DNA of 64,000 nucleotides from Obrimoposthia wandeli (Eukaryota), in NCBI GenBank assembly GCA_977020255.1, contig CDROCS010000506.1, positions 2,480,001 to 2,544,000 of the forward strand, given 5' to 3'. The position numbers and the translations under genes are program-made. The notes under the pieces were generated by a model. It saw only the letters and a program-made list of their open reading frames with translations, searched no databases and was not told the origin of the DNA. This document shows positions 54,531-64,000 of this stretch, in pieces (positions within the stretch are counted from its first letter, which is position 1; every line of letters begins with the position of its first letter).

Positions 54531-57500
54531 TCAAGGCGTTTACTGAAAATAATCGCCTGATGGCACTGCTGATTATTTTGTTAATCGTGGCGGGGCTGGG
54601 CGCATTATCAACGCTACCGCGCACCGAAGATCCACGGATCACTAATCGGATCGCCAGTGTGTTGACGTTATTGCCAGGAGCCAGTGCCGAACGGGTTGAA
54701 GCTTTAGTCACTGAAAAAATTGAGCAGAAGTTACGTAAACTCGCTGATATTAAACGTATAACCTCAACATCACGAGCGGGTATTTCAATTGTGCGACTCG
54801 AATTGCATGATAGCAACTATGATCCTGTGCCGGTTTGGTCTCGAGTTCGAGATCTACTTAATGATGTCACTAATGAGTTGCCTCCATCAGCGATAGCACC
54901 ACGATTAGAAGATGACCGTGGTTACGCCTATACACAGTTGATAGCGGTAAAATGGCAGGGTGATAGCGCTGTCGATCTCACCACGTTAGGACGTTATGGT
55001 AAAGAATTACAAAACCAGTTAAAGGTGATTTCAGGTACTGATATTGTCAGTTTGTTTGGTCGTGGTGAAGAACAAATATTGGTGGAAATAGATAAACATT
55101 TAGCGGCGAATTTGTCGTTGTCGACACAAGCTATTTCCAACATTATTTTAGCGGCCGATGCCAAAGTCTCTGCCGGTAATATCATTAATGATTATAATCA
55201 AATGCAGATCGAAGTTGCCGGATCGTTTGATTCTGTCGATAGGATCCGTCAGATCCCATTGCTTAGTGACAGTAAAGGTGGCGTGGTTCGCTTAGGTGAT
55301 ATTGCTCAGATCAGTAAAACATTACAGTGGCCAGCACAAGAGATAGCCTTGGTTGATGGTCAGTATGCTGTCGTCGTATCAACGCGTATGTTACCTAATT
55401 TACGTATTGATAAATGGAGTGCTGAGGTTGATAAAATCGTTGCTGGCTTCAATTTACAATTACCGTCGTCATTAACCACTGAAGTGTTGTTTGATCAATC
55501 ACAATATACCGAAGACAGACTGCAAGGACTGGTGGAAAACATCTTAATTGGTTTCTCTATCATCGCGCTGGTGTTGTTAGTTACCTTAGGGTGGCGTGCG
55601 GCATTAATTGTTACCTTGTCTTTACCACTAACCGTGCTGTTTACCTTAACGGTGATGAAGTATTACGGTTTACCTATTCATCAAATGTCGGTAACGGGTT
55701 TAGTTGTCGCACTTGGTATTATGGTGGATAACGCGATTGTAATGGCCGATACCATTCAGAAGCGTCGCCAGCAGGGGTTAACGGCGAGTGTTGCGGTGCA
55801 AGGCGCGATTAAGCATTTATGGTTACCGTTATTAGGCTCAACTTTAACGACGATATTGGCCTTTATGCCGATAGTGATGATGCCGGGTCCATCGGGTGAG
55901 TTTGTCAGTGGTATTGCGTTAAGCGTTATCTTTGCCTTAATCGGTTCGTATCTGGTTTCGCATACGATTGTTGCCGGTCTATCTGGGCGTTTTCTGGTTG
56001 GGTCTTCGCAAAATGAAGTTAGGCAAAGTGGTTCGACAGAAGGGCAATCAGTACCAGCAGCAACTTGGTATAATAACGGCATTGAATTAGCAGGGTTAGC
56101 CAAGTCTTTTCGCCAATCACTAGTATGGGTATTAGCGAGACCTAAACTCAGTATTGGTTTGGTGTTTATCTTACCGTTAAGTGGTTTTATATTAGCGAAG
56201 CATTTGGATGAGCAGTTCTTTCCGGCATCAGATCGTGACATGTTTCATATCGAACTATTCATGCCAGTGCAAACCAGTATTATCGCCACTGAAGCCATGA
56301 CCAAAACCATCAGTGATTTGTTGGCCCAGCAGCAAGGGATCAGCAAAGTACGTTGGTTTATTGGTAACAATGCCCCGTCGTTTTATTATAACTTGATGCC
56401 GAATAAAGACGGTGCCCAGTATTATGCCCAAGCGATGGTCACGGGTGATAGCTTTCAGCGTGTCAACGAGCTGATCCCGTCATTGCAAATACTGCTTGAT
56501 GATGCGATCCCACAAGCGCAGATATTGGTGCGTAAATTAGAACAGGGTCCTCCCTTTAGAGCGCCTATCGAGTTACGCCTCTTTGGTCCTAATTTAGATA
56601 CTTTAAAAACCTTAGGAGATGAAGCCAGACGGATCTTAATCGGTACGCAAAATGTGATCCATACACGCGCTACCATCCAACCTGGATTACCAAAAATATG
56701 GCTGAAGATTAACGAAGATGTTAGTCAATTAGCCGGTTTAACCCTGACGGATGTAGCAACACAATTACAGTCGACGTTACATGGCACGGTGAATGGCTCG
56801 ATTATCGAGGGTACTGAATCGGTGCCTGTACGGGTACGTATTGCGAATGATCAGCGCAGTAGCTTGTCTGATCTTGCTAACATCAGCCTGAGCTCGCCGC
56901 AATCTCAAGGCAGTATTCCGCTGGTGGCATTAACTGAATTAGCGTTAATGCCGAGTCGTGGCGCTATCCCACATCGTGATGGTGTGCGGGTTAATACGGT
57001 TGAAGGTTACTTAGTTTCAGGGGTATTACCCTCGACAGTGTTGAGTGAGTTTTCGGCGCGTTTAAGCAGTGAGAACTTTGTGTTACCGCCGGGTTACCGT
57101 ATGGAGTTTGGTGGTGAATCTGCTAAGCGTAATGATGCGGTAGGTAATCTGTTAGCCAGTGTTGGCGTGATCATGATGTTATTGATTATTATCGTGGTGC
57201 TGTCATTCAACTCATTCCGCTTGGGTGGGGTGATCGTATTATCTGCGATTCAATCGGTAGGTTTAGGACTACTCAGTGTTTACGTGTTTAATTACCCGTT
57301 TGGCTTTACCGTTATTATTGGTTTGCTCGGCCTAATGGGGCTTGCGATTAATGCGGCGATTGTGATTTTAGCAGAATTAAAATCAGATCCAAAAGCAGTT
57401 GCCGGTGATAGCGATGCGATTATCAATGCCATCACTAGCTGTACAAGACACATTACCTCGACGACGATCACGACAGTGGGTGGCTTCTTACCACTTATCT

Positions 57501-57649
57501 TAGCGGGTGGTGGTTTCTGGCCGCCATTTGCGATTGCTATCGCGGGTGGTACGGTATTAACGACGTTATTATCGTTTTACTTTGTACCGGCAATATTCGT
57601 GTTGATGAGTCGTAAAAGACCCTTTGAAGTGACCGCTGTCGCTGCTTAA
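54527..57649 (+). CDS. RND efflux permease (AcrB/CusA family)
   Basis: 1040 aa, ALGIMVDNAIV, RHITSTTITTVGG. Confidence 0.93.
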   Translation: MIKAFTENNRLMALLIILLIVAGLGALSTLPRTEDPRITNRIASVLTLLPGASAERVEALVTEKIEQKLRKLADIKRITSTSRAGISIVRLELHDSNYDPVPVWSRVRDLLNDVTNELPPSAIAPRLEDDRGYAYTQLIAVKWQGDSAVDLTTLGRYGKELQNQLKVISGTDIVSLFGRGEEQILVEIDKHLAANLSLSTQAISNIILAADAKVSAGNIINDYNQMQIEVAGSFDSVDRIRQIPLLSDSKGGVVRLGDIAQISKTLQWPAQEIALVDGQYAVVVSTRMLPNLRIDKWSAEVDKIVAGFNLQLPSSLTTEVLFDQSQYTEDRLQGLVENILIGFSIIALVLLVTLGWRAALIVTLSLPLTVLFTLTVMKYYGLPIHQMSVTGLVVALGIMVDNAIVMADTIQKRRQQGLTASVAVQGAIKHLWLPLLGSTLTTILAFMPIVMMPGPSGEFVSGIALSVIFALIGSYLVSHTIVAGLSGRFLVGSSQNEVRQSGSTEGQSVPAATWYNNGIELAGLAKSFRQSLVWVLARPKLSIGLVFILPLSGFILAKHLDEQFFPASDRDMFHIELFMPVQTSIIATEAMTKTISDLLAQQQGISKVRWFIGNNAPSFYYNLMPNKDGAQYYAQAMVTGDSFQRVNELIPSLQILLDDAIPQAQILVRKLEQGPPFRAPIELRLFGPNLDTLKTLGDEARRILIGTQNVIHTRATIQPGLPKIWLKINEDVSQLAGLTLTDVATQLQSTLHGTVNGSIIEGTESVPVRVRIANDQRSSLSDLANISLSSPQSQGSIPLVALTELALMPSRGAIPHRDGVRVNTVEGYLVSGVLPSTVLSEFSARLSSENFVLPPGYRMEFGGESAKRNDAVGNLLASVGVIMMLLIIIVVLSFNSFRLGGVIVLSAIQSVGLGLLSVYVFNYPFGFTVIIGLLGLMGLAINAAIVILAELKSDPKAVAGDSDAIINAITSCTRHITSTTITTVGGFLPLILAGGGFWPPFAIAIAGGTVLTTLLSFYFVPAIFVLMSRKRPFEVTAVAA

Positions 57650-57735
57650 TTGTGAATAGCGGTAAAGTGTCACAAAGCATTGGACAGGCTGTTGCAAGGT
57701 TTGTAAGCAATCGCTGTAAACATTAATTGTGTGAT

Positions 57736-57778
57736 AAAAAAATCCCCGTTACTGGTTATGACAGTAACGGGGATTTTT
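57736..57778. terminator. Bidirectional terminator between the RND operon and aspA
   Basis: AAAAATCCCCGTTACTG...CAGTAACGGGGATTTTT. Confidence 0.8.
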
Positions 57779-57840
57779 GTTTAAACAGTTACTTTTTTAG
57801 TAACTAGCTTTAATAAATAGCGTTATGAAGTCGGTTTTAA

Positions 57841-59292
57841 TTAAACCGCTTTAGGAAAACGTTGCGCTGTGTATTTTGGATTCATTAAGTTTTCGATAGA
57901 GAATATCTCATCTAATTCCGCTTCAGACAGTAAACCTCGCGCCAATACCACTTCACGTACGCTCTTACCTGTTTCAGCACAGATCCGACCGATAGTATCG
58001 CCTTCATGATGACCAATGAATGGGTTTAAATAAGTGATAATACCAATTGAATTTAACACGAAGTCTAGGCATACCTTGCGATTAGCGGTAATGCCTTTCA
58101 CACATTTATCTTGTAGCGTGAAGCAGGCATTTTCTAATAACGACAATGATTCAAACAGGCATTGGCCAATCACAGGTTCCATTACGTTTAATTGTAATTG
58201 ACCCGCTTCAGCAGCCATAGTAATGGTTAAATCGTTACCACATACTTTAAACGCCACTTGGTTAACTACTTCAGGGATAACTGGGTTTACTTTGGCTGGC
58301 ATGATTGATGAACCGGCCTGCATTTCTGGTAAGTTAATTTCATTCAAGCCGGTGCGTGGACCAGAAGAAAGCAGGCGTAAATCGTTACAGATCTTAGATA
58401 GTTTTACCGCTAAACGTTTTAATCCGCTCGACAACATCACATAAGCGCCACAGTCAGAAGTGGCTTCCACTAAATCTTCTGCAGGTACAAATGCATGACC
58501 TGTAATTTCAGCTAGTTTTTCAATCGCGAGTGCAGAATAGCCCACTGGCGAGTTTAAACCGGTACCGATTGCTGTTGCGCCGAGGTTGATTTCAAGCAGT
58601 AATTCTTGGCAACGTTTGATGCTCTTGATTTCTTCTCTTAAGGTAATACCAAACGCACGGAACTCTTGACCTAATGTCATCGGTACCGCGTCTTGTAACT
58701 GCGTACGCCCCATTTTTAATACGTCATTAAATTCAGCTGACTTGGTTAAGAACGTTTCGCTTAATGACGTTAACGCGATTAATACAGCGTTAGAGCGTTC
58801 AAACAAAGCCACGCGGAAACCAGTCGGGTAAGCATCATTGGTGCTCTGACTTTTATTCACATGATCATTAGGGTTAATGTGGCTGTAAGCACCTTTCGTA
58901 TGACCCATTTGCTCTAAGGCGATATTGGCTAATACTTCATTAGTATTCATGTTTACCGATGTGCCAGCACCACCTTGGAACGCATCAACTGGGAACTGGT
59001 CATAAAAATGCTCGGTGGCGAGTAGGGTGTCACAAGCCTTCACAATCGCTTCGCTAATATGTTCTGGAATAGTGCCTAAGATACCGTTGGCTAATGCTGC
59101 CGCTTTTTTGGTTTTAACCATGCCGCGTACAAATTCAGGACAGTCACCGATTTTCTCATTACTGATGTGGAAGTTTTCCATCGCTCTTAAGGTATGAATA
59201 CCGTAATAAGCGTGTGCTGGTATTTTTTTAACACCTAATAAGTCAGTTTCTAAACGGGTTTCTTGAGTAAAATCGGTTGCTAATACAGTCAT
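57841..59292 (-). CDS. aspA: Aspartate ammonia-lyase
   Basis: [28 protein letters not shown]. Confidence 0.96.
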   Translation of the reverse strand: MTVLATDFTQETRLETDLLGVKKIPAHAYYGIHTLRAMENFHISNEKIGDCPEFVRGMVKTKKAAALANGILGTIPEHISEAIVKACDTLLATEHFYDQFPVDAFQGGAGTSVNMNTNEVLANIALEQMGHTKGAYSHINPNDHVNKSQSTNDAYPTGFRVALFERSNAVLIALTSLSETFLTKSAEFNDVLKMGRTQLQDAVPMTLGQEFRAFGITLREEIKSIKRCQELLLEINLGATAIGTGLNSPVGYSALAIEKLAEITGHAFVPAEDLVEATSDCGAYVMLSSGLKRLAVKLSKICNDLRLLSSGPRTGLNEINLPEMQAGSSIMPAKVNPVIPEVVNQVAFKVCGNDLTITMAAEAGQLQLNVMEPVIGQCLFESLSLLENACFTLQDKCVKGITANRKVCLDFVLNSIGIITYLNPFIGHHEGDTIGRICAETGKSVREVVLARGLLSEAELDEIFSIENLMNPKYTAQRFPKAV

Positions 59293-59530
59293 CAGTACAC
59301 TCTGCTATTTGATTGTAATGTAGGGGAAATACAAAAATTTATGTGCGGATAATACGTGGTATTTTTGGCAATAAAACGGCTTTAGATCACCTTTCTAAAT
59401 AAAGTTTTAAGAATGCTAAATATATTTTATTTTTGCCTAGGAAACAGCAAGCTTGGTGGATTATTAGTGCATATTCGACCTGTAAATTTGGTCTTTAGGG
59501 GCGGATCCATTAACACTGGTGAATTAGCTG

Positions 59531-59544
59531 ATGATCTATATCAA
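59531..59544. promoter_or_regulatory. FNR-like site in the aspA-MCP divergent spacer
   Basis: ATGAT-CTAT-ATCAA, one mismatch to TTGAT-N4-ATCAA. Confidence 0.45.
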
Positions 59545-59678
59545 TGTTTGTGAGCGACTTAAAACAAAAACATTATGCCAAGATTGTTTTTATGTTAATT
59601 TCACGCTGACAGTTATTTACACTTGATTGCAATTATTTACGTTGACGTGTCGCTAGTTTCTGGAGAAATGAAACCCTA

Positions 59679-61751
59679 ATGAAAATGACTATTAAGATTA
59701 AATTAATCGCAACCGTGTGTGTTGCATTACTGGCTGTGAGCAGCTTCTTTATTATCAGTGTGTTGAATATTGAAAAGTCAGTACTTGCAGAAGAAAAGTA
59801 CAATGTCAGTGCTCAGGTTGAGAGTGTAATCAAAAATAATCTGCTGGGACAAGTTGATACGATCACGCTGTCTCTTGCCAATCTTTATGGGCAGTCTAAA
59901 GATGAAAATATAAAAACAGAGTTACGTACTGAGATCACTACGTTTAAGCAGACAATTACTAAGATGTATGAGGCGAGTGATTCGCACGAAGCAGCCAAGT
60001 TGAATATTTTTGCTTTCATTAATAATTACCAATGGGGTAATGGTCGGTATATCTTTGCCTATGATGCCGATACCGTCACGTATGTAGCTCATGGCGAGAA
60101 TCCTGATGCTATCGGTCGTAATAGTTATGACGCTACCGATGTAAAAGGTACTTTCTACGCTCGAAATATTGTGTCATCGGCCAAAAAACAAGAGTTCGGT
60201 ATTAGCCGTTACACTTTTGCTAATCCCGCGACCCAAAAAATGGAAGACAAGCTGTCGGTATCATTTTACTTTAAACCGTTAAATATTGTTGTCGCCACCG
60301 GTGAATATATTAGTACCTTAAAACAAGGCAAGATTGATACGGCGCTGAAGAATATTATAGCAGCTAGATATGGCAAAAACGGCTATTTTTGGATCCAGGA
60401 CAGTAAAGGTAAGATCCTTGCGCACCCGAAACAAGAGCTTATCGGCAAGACACTTGAAAGTACTACACTGGCGGTTAAAAGTTTAGCGGGCAAGACGGAG
60501 ACTTTTGTACGTATAACGTATGAGAATCCATCGACGAAGCAATTCGAAACTAAAATTGCTTATGTGCGTAAAATTATGCCTGATTGGGGCTGGACTATCG
60601 CTACCGGTGCTTATGAAAGTGATGTTACTTCGATCCAAGAACGTTTAACCGATGCAACTGAAGCGATCTTTGCTACCGAGGTGTCTAATAGTCTCGGCTT
60701 TGCAGCCGTATTATTTGTGCTGTCGGTGTTGGCATCTATTTGGGTGGTGAACAAGATAGTTAAAGAGTTAGTCGTGTTGAAAACACGTATAGATACACTG
60801 TCTACTGGCGAAGCTGATTTAACTTCGCGCCTTGTCATAATCTCCGAAGACGAAGTGGCTGATATTAGCCATTCGGTAAATACCTTTATCGGTTATCTGC
60901 AATCTATGATGTTGGAAATTTCACAGGCTTCGGGGCATATTACCGACGGTATTCAGCAGATTCATGCACAATCAGAGCGTAACAGTCTGGCACTAAACAA
61001 CCATACTGCAGAAACCGAACTTGCTGTTACTGCCATTACAGAAATGAGTACGACGGCTGATATCGTGGCGCAAAATGCGGTGCAGACAGCAGCGAATACT
61101 CAGAGTGCGACAGATGAGGGTATGGCCTCTAAGATAACCGTAACAGAAGCATCGAACAGTGTTATGGCTTTGGTTACTGAGATGGAAACGGCGTCAGATA
61201 GTATTCACACCATGAATAATAATACGCAGCAGATCGCTACCGTATTAGAAGTTATCGGCGGCATTGCCGATCAAACTAATCTGCTTGCGCTTAATGCGGC
61301 TATTGAAGCGGCTCGTGCTGGTGAACAGGGACGTGGTTTTGCGGTCGTGGCGGATGAAGTGCGCTCCCTTGCAGCTCGTACGCAAGACAGCACCGCTCAA
61401 ATTAATGAAATGTTGACTACACTGCGTCGTGATGCCTCTATTGCTGTTGATGTGATGGACGAGACTAAGCAGAGTTGTGAACAGGTTGCAGACAATGCCT
61501 CACGAGTTGCCGAGAGCTTAGATATTATGACCGAGTCAATTGTGGTTATTAATGATCTGAGTACGCAAATTGCGACAGCATCAGAAGAACAAAGTTCGGT
61601 CACCGAAGAGATCACTCGTAACATGCATACCATTCAGGGGATGGTGCAGGAGTTGACGGCAAATGGACAGGAAACCACAGCAAGTACCCAAAACTTGGCT
61701 ACGGCAAATGAACAGTTGGCTGCACTGGTCAATAAATTCAAGCTGTCTTAA
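59679..61751 (+). CDS. Methyl-accepting chemotaxis protein with two Cache_2-like sensor modules
   Basis: [12 protein letters not shown] and GYFWIQD..ILAHP modules, HAMP, MA signature. Confidence 0.92.
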   Translation: MKMTIKIKLIATVCVALLAVSSFFIISVLNIEKSVLAEEKYNVSAQVESVIKNNLLGQVDTITLSLANLYGQSKDENIKTELRTEITTFKQTITKMYEASDSHEAAKLNIFAFINNYQWGNGRYIFAYDADTVTYVAHGENPDAIGRNSYDATDVKGTFYARNIVSSAKKQEFGISRYTFANPATQKMEDKLSVSFYFKPLNIVVATGEYISTLKQGKIDTALKNIIAARYGKNGYFWIQDSKGKILAHPKQELIGKTLESTTLAVKSLAGKTETFVRITYENPSTKQFETKIAYVRKIMPDWGWTIATGAYESDVTSIQERLTDATEAIFATEVSNSLGFAAVLFVLSVLASIWVVNKIVKELVVLKTRIDTLSTGEADLTSRLVIISEDEVADISHSVNTFIGYLQSMMLEISQASGHITDGIQQIHAQSERNSLALNNHTAETELAVTAITEMSTTADIVAQNAVQTAANTQSATDEGMASKITVTEASNSVMALVTEMETASDSIHTMNNNTQQIATVLEVIGGIADQTNLLALNAAIEAARAGEQGRGFAVVADEVRSLAARTQDSTAQINEMLTTLRRDASIAVDVMDETKQSCEQVADNASRVAESLDIMTESIVVINDLSTQIATASEEQSSVTEEITRNMHTIQGMVQELTANGQETTASTQNLATANEQLAALVNKFKLS

Positions 61752-61822
61752 TCGTTAATTTAGCCCTCTTTCGTGGAGGGCTATTTAGTTAATTGTGCTT
61801 GAATCGTCATGCCGAGAGAGGA

Positions 61823-63196
61823 TTATGTATCAGCTGTCGGTACTACCCCAAGTTGTAATTCATGACGCAGTTCTAGCTGTAATCGCTGGGCATAATACAA
61901 AGCTAACAAACCGACTAATACGTTGGCGCTGGCGATACCAAAGAAGATACCTTTCTCACCATAATAATGACCACCGATACTCGATAGGCTAATGATTAGC
62001 AGTGAACGCAGCACGCTAAGCGTCAATGCTGACATTGGTCGGTTAAAGCCGTTTAAGCTCGACGCCACCGCCATCATAATGCCTTGCATCGCAAACGATG
62101 CTGGGATGATATAAAGGTAGAGCGATAGATGACCGATCACTGCCACATCATCACTGAACAAAGTCGCGATATACGGCGCGGTTAAGGCAATAAGCAGGTA
62201 AATAACCAGTTGTGAGATTAATGCATAACGGATCGCGAGCTTGATCGCGGTTAAACAACGTTGTGGGTTATTGGCTGATGAATTTTGCGCGATAAAAGGC
62301 GAAAGCATAGAGCTCACCGCGATCATACCGATTAATAAAATCGCTTCCATGCGAGTACCGGCACCGTAAGCAGCAACCGCTGTCGTGCTAAATGCCGCCA
62401 GCTGCCACATGACAAAAGCATTGTTGACTGGACTCAGCATATTCGTTAAAGACGCTGGCATACCAATCGCAGCAATCTTACGCCAATTTTTAAGCATGTT
62501 AGCGAGGTTTGGTCTGGTTAATAACAACAGTTGTTCACGATAGCGCAATAGGTATATCGCCACCGCAAAGGTAATTAACCACGACAGACCAGAGGCAATG
62601 GCAGCACCTTTAACGCCGAGTTCAGGAAACGGGCCAAGTCCAAAGATTAATAACGGATCGAGCAGACCATTCATGAAACCAGCGATGATCATGACTCTGC
62701 TGGGGGTTTTGGTATCACCGGTAGCCCGGATGGCGGCATTACCCACCATAGGGATGACTAAAAAGGGGATCGCGACATACCAATAGAACATATAATCTTG
62801 GATGTAGACCATCAAGGTATCACTGGCACCAAGTAGTCTGAATAACGGCTGTATACTGTTAATGCCAATGGCGGCAACGATGAGTACCGTAGTCAGTGCT
62901 AACAATAGACCGTCGGAAGTTAACCGCGCGGCATCTTGGTGCTGACCTTGACCTAATAAACGCGCTAAACAAGCAGATAAACCCGTGCCTAACCCCATGG
63001 CTAATGCCGAGACAAAAAAGGTCACCGGGAAGGTAAAGCTGATCGCGGCTAATGCCTGCGTACCCAGCAAGCTGACAAAATAAGTATCCACTAAGCTAAA
63101 GCCAAGCACGGCTAATAAACCGTAACCCATAGGCACGGCCATCTTTGTCATTACCTGAGAAACGGGAGCGGAGAGCAGGCCGTGTTTATCTTTCAA
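61823..63196 (-). CDS. MATE-family efflux transporter
   Basis: VDTYFVSLLG, RATGDTKTP, LDPLLIFG, GVKGAAIAS. Confidence 0.9.
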   Translation of the reverse strand: MKDKHGLLSAPVSQVMTKMAVPMGYGLLAVLGFSLVDTYFVSLLGTQALAAISFTFPVTFFVSALAMGLGTGLSACLARLLGQGQHQDAARLTSDGLLLALTTVLIVAAIGINSIQPLFRLLGASDTLMVYIQDYMFYWYVAIPFLVIPMVGNAAIRATGDTKTPSRVMIIAGFMNGLLDPLLIFGLGPFPELGVKGAAIASGLSWLITFAVAIYLLRYREQLLLLTRPNLANMLKNWRKIAAIGMPASLTNMLSPVNNAFVMWQLAAFSTTAVAAYGAGTRMEAILLIGMIAVSSMLSPFIAQNSSANNPQRCLTAIKLAIRYALISQLVIYLLIALTAPYIATLFSDDVAVIGHLSLYLYIIPASFAMQGIMMAVASSLNGFNRPMSALTLSVLRSLLIISLSSIGGHYYGEKGIFFGIASANVLVGLLALYYAQRLQLELRHELQLGVVPTADT

Positions 63197-63400
63197 TGCT
63201 ACCTACCTAAAATACCTAAAGTGCGTTTGGTCTTTTGTTTTTGCTAAATCTAGCGAAAATTTTATCGGGCTATTTTACGCTTTTCTTCGTCAACCAACAG
63301 CTTTGTGTTGCACTTTTACCAGACATTTACACTTCTATATGTGGATACAATCTAAAAACTGCTATTTAAGGTGCGAATTTAGTAACTATTTTTAGCTTTT

Positions 63401-63431
63401 CCCTTGAGTTGGAAAGCAGTTGCCCCGATAT
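63401..63431 (+). promoter_or_regulatory. Sigma-32 heat-shock promoter of groESL
   Basis: CCCTTGAG (-35) and CCCCGATAT (-10) resemble the CTTGAA/CCCCAT consensus. Confidence 0.7.
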
Positions 63432-63507
63432 ATTATGCCATAGTCATGGTATTGGTAAATAACCGACCATTGATATTCGCAACATGTATTCTTTAGGAGA
63501 TCTTCAA

Positions 63508-63798
63508 ATGACAATTCGTCCACTACACGATCGTGTGATCGTTCGTCGCCAAGAACAAGAAACTAAATCAGCAGGCGGTATCGTGCTTACTGGTGCATCA
63601 GCATCATTATCTACTCGCGGTGAAGTTATTGCTGTTGGTAACGGTCGTTTAATTGATAGCGGTGAAGTACGTCCTTTAGCAGTTAGCGTTGGCGATACAG
63701 TTATTTTTAATGAAGGTTATGGCGTTAAAGCTGAAAAGATTGATGGTAAAGAAGTTTTAATCATGAGCGAAGCCGATATTTTAGCTATCGTTGAATAA
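63508..63798 (+). CDS. groES: Co-chaperonin GroES
   Basis: [20 protein letters not shown]; AGGAG RBS before 63508. Confidence 0.98.
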   Translation: MTIRPLHDRVIVRRQEQETKSAGGIVLTGASASLSTRGEVIAVGNGRLIDSGEVRPLAVSVGDTVIFNEGYGVKAEKIDGKEVLIMSEADILAIVE

Positions 63799-63854
63799 AT
63801 CTTAGTATTTATTTTTGATAGACCTAAACCCATAAATTAATAGATCGATATTAA

Positions 63855-64000
<146 letters not shown>

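Overview
Chromosomal window of a marine gammaproteobacterium. Gene order and protein sequences look Moritella/Psychromonas-like; this is an inference and was not verified. The core backbone runs: rluA-like, yeeE-like, tRNA-Ile2, rpoD, dnaG, rpsU, tsaD, a four-lipoprotein operon, fis, dusB, prmA, a TolC-HlyD-2xABC2-permease module, ybaK-like, mscS, a 2-aminoethylphosphonate cluster (phnR, ABC transporter, phnW, phnX, FAD oxidoreductase) with clear PHO boxes and PhnR-type operators, accC-accB-aroQ, acs, hcaT-like MFS, MCP, stand-alone nDsbD, fxsA, cobA, TetR-RND, aspA, MCP, MATE, groES and the start of groEL. The main accessory element is an about 11.4 kb integrase-less island inserted at tRNA-Ile2 and bounded by about 90-100 bp direct repeats (2207-2305 and 13641-13729). 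Its cargo is a 233-bp ISAs1-like MITE with a perfect 10-bp target duplication and an internal REP doublet, an IS1595 relic, an IS66, a split TM/coiled-coil/wHTH gene, and a two-gene operon encoding a periplasmic Sel1-repeat protein plus a 1320-aa VWA-lipase-GlyGly-CTERM surface protein. That operon is the best candidate for an undescribed system. Caveat: several essential genes (rpoD, rpsU, tRNA-Ile2) and the tolC gene contain short garbled, frameshifted patches. The assembly is probably locally low quality, so frameshift-based pseudogene calls are unreliable here. No CRISPR array or rRNA was seen.
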